Shown here piece after piece: positions 56,548 through 64,000 of a stretch of DNA of 64,000 nt. Under the pieces are notes generated by a model. The model worked only from the letters and a program-made list of their open reading frames with translations. It was not told the DNA's origin and did no database searches. Numbering within the stretch: position 1 is the first letter of the stretch; each line of letters opens with the position of its first letter. Location: positions 1-64,000 of IMG/VR virus record IMGVR_UViG_3300023172_000011; one strand, given 5' to 3'. Position numbers and translations under genes: made by a program. The stretch comes from a virus.

Positions 56548-57278
56548 GAACATTTTGTAATGAATGCTGTTTCTATAATCCAGATAAAAAAGAATGCAGT
56601 CATGGCCTTATAGATATGTTTACGCAGCGGGGAGCGACTATAGAATGGAATGATGACGGCCCATCAATAGATAGAGTTTGTAGATATAGAAGAACTCATG
56701 ACTGGAATGAAGACTTATCATTAGAAGAAAAAATAAAACTTTGTGAAGAAGAGGTATTTCTTTCCGGCTCAATAATTCTATTAGTTCAAGAGATTGATAA
56801 CGTCAAAGATATCCTCTCCAAATTAAAAGATGTAACAAATAATCGTTTTAAATTTATTATATCACATGAATGTAAGTTGAGTCCATTATTAGAAATCTCT
56901 AAAGAATTAGATATTCATGCTTCATTTGTTAGAAGCGTTGATGAAGATGTGTCTGACGAAAAACGAGTTTTTGATTGCTTAAAGCATCTGAAAAACGGGT
57001 ATGTCTTTCTTTTTAATTGTGATAAAGAAATTGACTATACTATTTTTGAAAAGGTCCATAAATTTACTACCAAGTTGATGCACCGTGTATTACATATCGA
57101 ACCGATTGATGAAAAGCTACATCAGTCCGTCAGTATGGTACATATTTATAAATGGCTTAATGGAGATATGATGGAATCGTTTTCTAATAAGCTAAAAAAC
57201 ATAGCCAGTGAAGAATCTAGCGACCCCCAAGTATTCAATTGGAAAGAAATCAATGAAGCATGTGCTAATAATCTATAA
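56535..57278 (+). CDS. Hypothetical protein with Cys-rich N-terminus
   Basis: CNECCF..C..VC; lies within the GT cluster. Confidence 0.7.
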   Translation: MAKLGTFCNECCFYNPDKKECSHGLIDMFTQRGATIEWNDDGPSIDRVCRYRRTHDWNEDLSLEEKIKLCEEEVFLSGSIILLVQEIDNVKDILSKLKDVTNNRFKFIISHECKLSPLLEISKELDIHASFVRSVDEDVSDEKRVFDCLKHLKNGYVFLFNCDKEIDYTIFEKVHKFTTKLMHRVLHIEPIDEKLHQSVSMVHIYKWLNGDMMESFSNKLKNIASEESSDPQVFNWKEINEACANNL

Positions 57279-57828
57279 GATATTCTCAGATCTTAATCAA
57301 GATTACTTACAAAAAATAATAAATGGGTGTAAGTCAAAGAAGCATAATGTAACAATTAACTTCCATGATTTTACGCTGTCCAAAAAAATTAGATCTCAAA
57401 TTGAACATGTTGAGTTCTCTGACTTAGAAGCGATTAACATCTCTGATGAAAACTATGAAGATATTGAAAAATCAGATCAAATTATTGTTCAAAAACTAAT
57501 AAGTTATAGCCACTTTGATGTAGTCTCAATATTAGTGCATGATATATTACTAGATAATGCAATAGACCAAATTGATTTTTCGGTTTTAGAGAACAGCAAT
57601 GTCGCGTCAATTTATCCAGATAATAATACTCGGACACCATTTAGCACAAGGGTTTATGGCAGGTCGCATCCGTTAATGAATGCAGGAGTTAGGTGTTTAT
57701 TTGTAGACATGTCAAAGTTGTTCTCAGTCTTAGGTAATGAGCATCCTGTAGGAGAAATCTACAATAATTATCCGTCTTGTCATTTTCCAGAAGTACTATT
57801 CACTGCTAACGCATTAAAGAATGAATAG
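57253..57828 (+). CDS. Hypothetical protein (possible degenerate GT)
   Basis: Coupled ORF in the GT cluster. Confidence 0.6.
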   Translation: MKHVLIIYKIFSDLNQDYLQKIINGCKSKKHNVTINFHDFTLSKKIRSQIEHVEFSDLEAINISDENYEDIEKSDQIIVQKLISYSHFDVVSILVHDILLDNAIDQIDFSVLENSNVASIYPDNNTRTPFSTRVYGRSHPLMNAGVRCLFVDMSKLFSVLGNEHPVGEIYNNYPSCHFPEVLFTANALKNE

Positions 57829-58516
57829 ACAAGAATGCATCCATACTATCAAGCAAACTCATCTTGATAAAGTAACATTTATTATATTATGCGGAGGCAA
57901 GTCTGGAGTTAAGGGTACTCAAAATATACCATTAACATGTATTGACTATAATAATACGGTAGTAGACCATCAAATACAAACAATAAATAAGAATTATGAA
58001 CATGCAGATATCATGTTAATGACCAGCTTTGAGTCAAAAAAAATAATCCAGCATATAGATGAAAAACAATATAGCAATGTACGCATATTTGAAAATAAAA
58101 ATTATATAGAGGAAAGCATAATAGATACTTGGAAACTTGCTGTAAATTGCTGTTCAGAAGGAAGTTTTTTTTTAATACATGGTGACAGAATCTTTAATAG
58201 CGATGCGATAACGCCATATGATGAAAATAGAATCTCTATTAGTGTTTATAACAATATTAAGAAAAACTATAATCTTGGCATAACATATGAAAACAATAAG
58301 CTAATAAATATGTCATATGGCCTACCAACCATCTGGTCAGAAATTCTTTTTGTGCCAAAATTATACTATAGAACTATCAAGTCAAAATTAAACGAGGCAA
58401 AAACCAAAAAAATTTATACGGTTGAAAAATTCTTAAATACTGTAAATCAAGAAATAGACATTTATGTTGATCGCAAAAATAAAATCAGCATTAAGTCATT
58501 AAAGGAAATGATATGA
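57821..58516 (+). CDS. Nucleotidyltransferase-like protein (LicC/NTP_transf)
   Basis: IILCGG, QIQTI, EN.NY, IHGD.IF. Confidence 0.68.
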   Translation: MNRQECIHTIKQTHLDKVTFIILCGGKSGVKGTQNIPLTCIDYNNTVVDHQIQTINKNYEHADIMLMTSFESKKIIQHIDEKQYSNVRIFENKNYIEESIIDTWKLAVNCCSEGSFFLIHGDRIFNSDAITPYDENRISISVYNNIKKNYNLGITYENNKLINMSYGLPTIWSEILFVPKLYYRTIKSKLNEAKTKKIYTVEKFLNTVNQEIDIYVDRKNKISIKSLKEMI

Positions 58517-59292
58517 AAATCTTGTACTATATTGATAGTCACGACTCTAGAGTAAAAGCAATTGTAGATACAGTAAAGGCGGCTGGATATACAGTTGGAT
58601 ATATAACAGAATTAGATCAGAAATCAATCTATGAATTTAGTCCAGATATCATCATTCATAATATCCCAAATGCTGCACGATTCCCAATAGACGGAAAATT
58701 TGTATCAATTAACTTTAATGAGTCACAGTCGGAAAATTCTTTTACTTTTACAAATGAATTATCAGATAGATATATTTCCCCATTTGTATCTCTAAGAGAA
58801 ATTGATGTAGATGAAAAAGATCTCAATAAATATAAATCTGATGTTGTATACTTCGGGTCTCCACAGTCTTTTAATGAGTGCCTCAATATTGTATATGATA
58901 AAAAATTAAAGTTTAGATTCTTTCATCAGCACCCGCATAATATTTATGGTTATTGTGGAATGTGCAATGTTGATGAATATTTTAAACATTATAGACATGC
59001 CAAGGCTTCAATCGCAAATGGATTAAATGATACGGCAAGATTGCAAGATATTATTGTAGCTGGTGGGAATCCAATTGTATTTCTTGGTGACAAAGATGAT
59101 TTTACAAACAGATTAGAAAAGGCCGTGTACGAAGGCAAAAAATACACGATTGATGGAATGTCTAAACAGGATGTTCTTGATAAGAATACGGTATTTGATG
59201 CATCTGCCAAAATATTTAAGAAAATTGGATTGAATAAAATTTCCAAAGATATTGCACAAGTAAAACAAAAGATGATTGGAAAATATAGATGA
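58513..59292 (+). CDS. Putative GT-B glycosyltransferase-like protein
   Basis: PDIIIH, YKSDVVYFG, RLQDIIVAGG. Confidence 0.5.
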   Translation: MKILYYIDSHDSRVKAIVDTVKAAGYTVGYITELDQKSIYEFSPDIIIHNIPNAARFPIDGKFVSINFNESQSENSFTFTNELSDRYISPFVSLREIDVDEKDLNKYKSDVVYFGSPQSFNECLNIVYDKKLKFRFFHQHPHNIYGYCGMCNVDEYFKHYRHAKASIANGLNDTARLQDIIVAGGNPIVFLGDKDDFTNRLEKAVYEGKKYTIDGMSKQDVLDKNTVFDASAKIFKKIGLNKISKDIAQVKQKMIGKYR

Positions 59293-59744
59293 AAACAATG
59301 ATATGCTTGGATCACTTAGCTTATTCTTATCAAAACTACGAACTGTTCCATTCTATTAATGAGGTCGTAGAAAATTCACTAGAGGAAGTATGTATTGTTC
59401 CATTCAATGCTAGTAGACCATTTATGAATATCAATACATCCATCTATAATGTTGGAGAAATGAGTTCGTTTAATAATGGGTTGCTTATCTCCAATAGCAT
59501 CAAGCATGTAGATAAGTTGCTATCGTGTCCATCAAATACAATCAAGGCGTTGTATCTATATGATTTAGAATGGATGTTTGAGCCAACCTTCTTTGAAGAA
59601 CTATATAGTATTTTCACTAATAAAAACCTAAAACTTATTGTAAGATCCAAAGAGTTCATCGAGCCAATACAATGTATTGCTGATAGAACGCCAGATGCAA
59701 TTGTACCCTATTTCAAATTGGAGAAGATATGGAATTCGCTTTAA
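59289..59744 (+). CDS. Hypothetical protein (GT-like N-terminal domain)
   Basis: LYLYDLEW...LIVRS motif; GT cluster. Confidence 0.6.
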   Translation: MKTMICLDHLAYSYQNYELFHSINEVVENSLEEVCIVPFNASRPFMNINTSIYNVGEMSSFNNGLLISNSIKHVDKLLSCPSNTIKALYLYDLEWMFEPTFFEELYSIFTNKNLKLIVRSKEFIEPIQCIADRTPDAIVPYFKLEKIWNSL

Positions 59745-60556
59745 AAAACAAAGATAAATTACTACATATGTATGAAAAGGGCTATAGTAGCTATGAAATG
59801 GCTAACGAACTGAATACATATTCCACCAGAGTCCTACGTGCTTTAGCCTTTCTGGGTGAAAAATTTCACGGAGATAGCAAGTATTATAAACGAAGCTATT
59901 CTGAGGCACAAAAACTTGCTTTAAAAAATGGAAGATCGCAACATCCAACTAAAGGAAAAAAGCTAGATATTTCTCATAAGGAAAATATTGGCAAGTCTAG
60001 ATCGCAAGCGTATCACTCCCTTAGTGAGCAGGAAAAAGAACGACTATCTCAAATGAGTAAGGATAACTGGAAGGCTCTAGGAAAGGCTAAGCAGGAAGAA
60101 ATTAGAGCACTTGCTTTAGAGGGTGTAAGACAAGCTAGTAAGACCGGCTCGAAAACTGAAAGACATCTTCGTAATGGCTTGTCTCAGGCTGGTTATTCTA
60201 TTGAATTCCACAAGACGGGACTTGTTCCGGGAAGTAATCTTGAAGTTGACTTGTTTGTTTCAGAATTGAAAACCGCTATCGAGATTGATGGACCCGGACA
60301 TTTTTTGCCAATTTGGGGAGAAGAGAAGCTACAAAAACAGCAGTCAGCGGATACAATAAAGCAGGGCATTATTCTCAGTAACGGATATGTCATTTTGAGA
60401 ATTCGTCAAATTGACAAGAATATTTCATTGACAAGAATGAATTATTTGCTAGAATTAATCCTAAATGAACTTGAGAGGATTCGGGAAAAGTTTCCCGAAA
60501 ACAATAAACGGTTGATAGAAATTGAGGTAAAAGATGGCGAAGCAAGAAGAATCTGA
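59729..60556 (+). CDS. DUF559/Vsr-like endonuclease with NUMOD3-like repeats (possible homing endonuclease)
   Basis: KGKKL...HKENIG; SKTE; EVDLF...AIEIDGPGH; GYVILRI. Confidence 0.75.
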   Translation: MEFALKNKDKLLHMYEKGYSSYEMANELNTYSTRVLRALAFLGEKFHGDSKYYKRSYSEAQKLALKNGRSQHPTKGKKLDISHKENIGKSRSQAYHSLSEQEKERLSQMSKDNWKALGKAKQEEIRALALEGVRQASKTGSKTERHLRNGLSQAGYSIEFHKTGLVPGSNLEVDLFVSELKTAIEIDGPGHFLPIWGEEKLQKQQSADTIKQGIILSNGYVILRIRQIDKNISLTRMNYLLELILNELERIREKFPENNKRLIEIEVKDGEARRI

Positions 60557-61235
60557 AGAAGCAGTAGTACCAAGCATTAATGATCCAGAATGGAGCGACT
60601 ACGCGATGTCGTTCTTTACTGCTAAGGAATTAATTGATGGCAATCCATTAGTTGCTGGACTAAGGCGTGTAGCAGAAATGTTGATTGGAGAAATTATCTC
60701 AAGCAAGCCAACTATGGTTGTTCATGCAGAGAACAATAGTCCTATTGGTAGAGCCACTGTTGTTTACGAAGTTCAGTTTCTATGTAGACGATGCAGTGGT
60801 GAAGAGTATATTAAAACGTATGCTGATGCAGCAGAAGTATGGGAAGGCAATACAGATGACCTGTTTGCTGTTCATGCTGCTGCTACAGCTAGTACTAGAG
60901 CGGAAGGTAGAGCACTACGCAAGGCATTGAAACTTCGAGTAGTTGCGGCTGAAGAACTATGCAAGAAAGATGTATCTAAGTTCTTAGGCGAACAGTCGGG
61001 ACAAAACGAAGACAGAATCAACAATGATCAGGTTAATTTCATTGACAATCGTTGTAGAAAGCTAGACATCAATGTGCTTGCCTTTGTTAATTCTGGAGAA
61101 AAGGAGTACAGAAGCATTTATGAGGTAAAGAAAGAAACTGCTGCAAAGATGATTAAAGAACTTAATAAATTATCAAATGACAAAAAACTAATCTCAGACA
61201 GTATTAAAGGTTATGATGAGGATTGGAACACATGA
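60534..61235 (+). CDS. Rad52/Rad22-like single-strand annealing protein
   Basis: GLRRVA, ATVVYEV, A.ATASTRAEGRALRKAL, AEEL. Confidence 0.6.
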   Translation: MAKQEESEEAVVPSINDPEWSDYAMSFFTAKELIDGNPLVAGLRRVAEMLIGEIISSKPTMVVHAENNSPIGRATVVYEVQFLCRRCSGEEYIKTYADAAEVWEGNTDDLFAVHAAATASTRAEGRALRKALKLRVVAAEELCKKDVSKFLGEQSGQNEDRINNDQVNFIDNRCRKLDINVLAFVNSGEKEYRSIYEVKKETAAKMIKELNKLSNDKKLISDSIKGYDEDWNT

Positions 61236-61591
61236 AAGTAGAATATCTTGTAAAGATTGGTGGTAAAGAAGTTGTCGTGTCACAAGAATGCGATACAGAT
61301 TGCGATATGTTTAAATTTCTATATCACATGGGAGAGTTGTTTGACAACTGCACTTGTGAGAGAAATGGACAAACTTCCGATAGAGTGAAGATTAATGTTC
61401 GCTCTGATAATGATGACAATGAATACTATGAAATGGTATGCTTTGATCCATCACAACCTGAATGTCATTATGCTAAGCGTAAGTTCGGGGTAAATAAGAA
61501 AGGTGGCGGATTGTTTCCAAAGAATAAGGACGAGGAAGGAAACTGGAAGCCTTGGACTAAATATAATAAAGAAACGGGTAAGGAAGAGTAA
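61232..61591 (+). CDS. Hypothetical protein
   Basis: ATGA coupling; C..AKRKFG..KKGGGLFPK motif. Confidence 0.72.
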   Translation: MKVEYLVKIGGKEVVVSQECDTDCDMFKFLYHMGELFDNCTCERNGQTSDRVKINVRSDNDDNEYYEMVCFDPSQPECHYAKRKFGVNKKGGGLFPKNKDEEGNWKPWTKYNKETGKEE

Positions 61592-61620
61592 TCACTTGCC
61601 GCTGGTTTAAAACCATGCCC

Positions 61621-61652
61621 GCCCCGCTGAGAATTCTTGGCGGGGCTTTTTT
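61621..61652 (+). terminator. Intrinsic terminator
   Basis: GCCCCGCTGA-GAATTC-TTGGCGGGGC followed by TTTTTT. Confidence 0.8.
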
Positions 61653-61672
61653 AAGATTTATAGGAGACTATA

Positions 61673-61906
61673 ATGAGGTACTATAGGTTAATATTTAAAA
61701 CAGAAAATGAAAAGGTAATGTTTAGTGAGATAGTTGAACAGTCAATATCTTCTTCTGAATTTGAAGGAATGAATTGGGAAGCACCAATCATTAGGCAAGA
61801 GATGGCTGGTCACGTTCACTTTATTGCATTAGATAGAGATTATCTTGATGCTATGTTATTAGGTGTTGGAACATATCAAAACTTGCTAGGAATAACTAAT
61901 GAGTGA
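61673..61906 (+). CDS. Hypothetical protein
   Basis: AGGAG RBS. Confidence 0.7.
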   Translation: MRYYRLIFKTENEKVMFSEIVEQSISSSEFEGMNWEAPIIRQEMAGHVHFIALDRDYLDAMLLGVGTYQNLLGITNE

Positions 61907-62354
61907 CAAAGCCAAAACTCAATGCGAATGTCCACTTGCTGGATTTTGTGAGAGACATGGAATTCAAAAAAGCTCTCATTATCATAAACTATGTCAGAAT
62001 CATTCTGGTTATTTTGCTCAATGGGAGGCATGTCGCGGTCCCGGACAAAACCCTAATAATTGTAAAGAAAATAATGATAACAAGTTTATACAGCAAGAAG
62101 AACCAGTACAAGAAGAATCAGTACAAGAAATGCCTAGTGCCATACAAATGGCTAAAAACTTTGCAAAATCCGCAGTAAATCATATATCCAACGGGATGAA
62201 AAATGTAGACGTTAATGTACAAACGCAGCGGTTAGAAATTTGTGCAGCATGTCCATTTATTAGTAAGGACAAATCTAGATGCACTAAATGCGGATGCTTT
62301 CTTCAAGCTAAAACAAAATGGGAATCTTCTTCATGCCCAATAAACAAATGGTAG
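61899..62354 (+). CDS. Cys-rich protein with DUF6171-like C-terminus
   Basis: RLEICAACP..RCTKCGCF..KTKW...CP.NKW. Confidence 0.7.
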   Translation: MSDKAKTQCECPLAGFCERHGIQKSSHYHKLCQNHSGYFAQWEACRGPGQNPNNCKENNDNKFIQQEEPVQEESVQEMPSAIQMAKNFAKSAVNHISNGMKNVDVNVQTQRLEICAACPFISKDKSRCTKCGCFLQAKTKWESSSCPINKW

Positions 62355-62373
62355 ATTGACTTAACTTTCATTC

Positions 62374-63999
62374 TCAGTCATAACCAGCTTCTGTAATTTC
62401 AAATTGAACTCTTGAATTAGTGCATGGAGATTCGGTTTTTGCCGTTCCTTCACAGTGACAGTCTTCAGTCCACCAGCCGCTATTGAAGGTTAATGCTGGA
62501 GGGGATGGCATGTCATTAATAAACCCATTTCCACAATCACAAGAGTGGAAGTCTACACACCGTTTGTCAGCACTACATAATCCATTTATCCAATCAACTT
62601 CACAGCTACATTTATCTGGATACATTATAGATCCAGCAGCAAATGACATATATTGATACTGATCACACTGCCAAACTGGAGCATATCCGGTGTCATCAAT
62701 TCTATAATATTTTCCATCGCAGGTATTTTTCATCCATCCGGCTTCTACACCAGTTGTTGCATAGGAATAAGAGACGGAGATTGTACCAGAGGGAGGAACA
62801 TAACAGGTGCCTATATTAGTTCCACCGTAGGTTCCTGAAAATTCTGGCATATCAACTAGATTGTCTGCACTAATCCATGCTCCAGTAGTTCCAATTATCT
62901 TTAGAACAGGGAATGGACCACTTTCACAGGTTGGATATGGACAACTTCCCGGAGAGGGAATGCCTGACGCACATAAGTAGTCAGCATTTGCAGATTCTCC
63001 AACATATGTAGCTAGTCTGAATTGCTGACACTGTCCTTTTCGGGGGTCAACATTATAGTTGCATTGACTATCACCACAAGAACATGGAGGATTTGCTATA
63101 TTGCCAAGACATGCTGTTGCGGGCCATTCTTGCACCCCTCTTAGCAATGTAGGAGGATCTCTCTCGACCCCTTTTCTAGCAATACGATTAAGTGAGCATT
63201 CCACATCTATCATTATTTTAAATGGGTTAAATAAACACTGATGATTTCCAGAAACAGGAGTTCCGCTAGCTCTAATTAGTCCCGTTTGTGACTCGTCTAA
63301 AGAAACTCCAAACCTATCAAGATAGTAGCCCATAGACTCAAAACCATTAGAAGTAAATGTTTTTGGCTGATGTATGCCCGCTAAGATAGTATGTTCACTA
63401 TGTAATGGTAATTGTGACACACATCCAGTTCCAACAACAGTACAGCTTTTAACATCTGAAGCAAATCTCCATCCGGGATGGACGACTCCAATTAAAGGTA
63501 GATAGTCATCTACTATGATTGTTACATCGTCAATATGAACTCCACTCTGAATCGTTGCTAATACTTCATCATCACACCAGTCTCTAAATCTCAATACCTG
63601 CTCTCGGTTTAAATCATCACCTTCTCCCGCACTTGTATACCCATCAAAACCATAGCCGGTTTTAAACTGACTTGTCGTAGTGCAAACACTAGGTGCGGCA
63701 AAAGCAGCTACCTTAGTTCCACTAGCATAGTGATGTCTTGGAAACAACATCTTATTGCACCATAGTTCACCACCACACTCAGATGAATCTTGAACGCAAC
63801 TGTGTTTTTTATTTGTTTCAAATATTCCATAAAAGTTAAGTGGATCATAATATTTTCCAGTTTCAAAAATTGTTGTAGAAACTGGCGGATCTGGTCCAAG
63901 GCCGCTACAATTGAATTGACCATCGCCATCTCTATTTATTGAAGGAATTAAATTTCCGGTAGTTACTGTCGGCAGATGACCACTTGAATAAAATAAATT
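62374..63999 (-). CDS. Large Cys-rich protein, 5'-truncated at the window edge (putative virion/tail protein)
   Basis: The frame of ORF 62374-63750 stays open to the window edge (NLFYSSGHLPTVTTGN...CNKMLFPRH); many Cys, Gly, Thr, Ser. Confidence 0.75.
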   Translation of the reverse strand, partial: NLFYSSGHLPTVTTGNLIPSINRDGDGQFNCSGLGPDPPVSTTIFETGKYYDPLNFYGIFETNKKHSCVQDSSECGGELWCNKMLFPRHHYASGTKVAAFAAPSVCTTTSQFKTGYGFDGYTSAGEGDDLNREQVLRFRDWCDDEVLATIQSGVHIDDVTIIVDDYLPLIGVVHPGWRFASDVKSCTVVGTGCVSQLPLHSEHTILAGIHQPKTFTSNGFESMGYYLDRFGVSLDESQTGLIRASGTPVSGNHQCLFNPFKIMIDVECSLNRIARKGVERDPPTLLRGVQEWPATACLGNIANPPCSCGDSQCNYNVDPRKGQCQQFRLATYVGESANADYLCASGIPSPGSCPYPTCESGPFPVLKIIGTTGAWISADNLVDMPEFSGTYGGTNIGTCYVPPSGTISVSYSYATTGVEAGWMKNTCDGKYYRIDDTGYAPVWQCDQYQYMSFAAGSIMYPDKCSCEVDWINGLCSADKRCVDFHSCDCGNGFINDMPSPPALTFNSGWWTEDCHCEGTAKTESPCTNSRVQFEITEAGYD

Positions 64000-64000
64000 A

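Noticed and set aside
63708-63929. 73-aa minus-strand ORF
   Set aside because: It is an alternate-frame overlap of the large Cys-rich gene, whose frame stays open to the window edge.

Overview
This 64 kb window is part of a large, AT-rich dsDNA bacteriophage genome, probably a jumbo or T4-like-sized myovirus. No capsid or terminase gene lies in the window. A Planctomycetota host is inferred from two Tat-signal DUF1501 genes and a DUF5658-like membrane gene. Layout: (i) 1-13.4 kb, + strand: rIIA/rIIB, a pyrimidine-dimer glycosylase, 7 tRNAs, a circularly permuted two-piece tmRNA whose intervening sequence folds into a second permuted tRNA-like RNA, dCMP deaminase, HNH nuclease, 2x DUF1501 and a PAP2 phosphatase. 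(ii) 13.4-27.6 kb, - strand: a 19-gene sugar-nucleotide/glycosyltransferase operon. (iii) 28-36 kb: SSB, a GT, putative structural and membrane genes, a papain-like protease and an exported thioredoxin. (iv) 36-62 kb: NrdAB, MazG, PhoH, RecA, DnaB, DnaG, dNMP kinase, an exonuclease, DnaE split in two around a DnaQ-like gene, a sigma factor, a second GT cluster and a Rad52-like protein. (v) The 3' end of a large Cys-rich gene on the - strand. All assignments come from motif recognition by eye; no database searches or folding programs were run.
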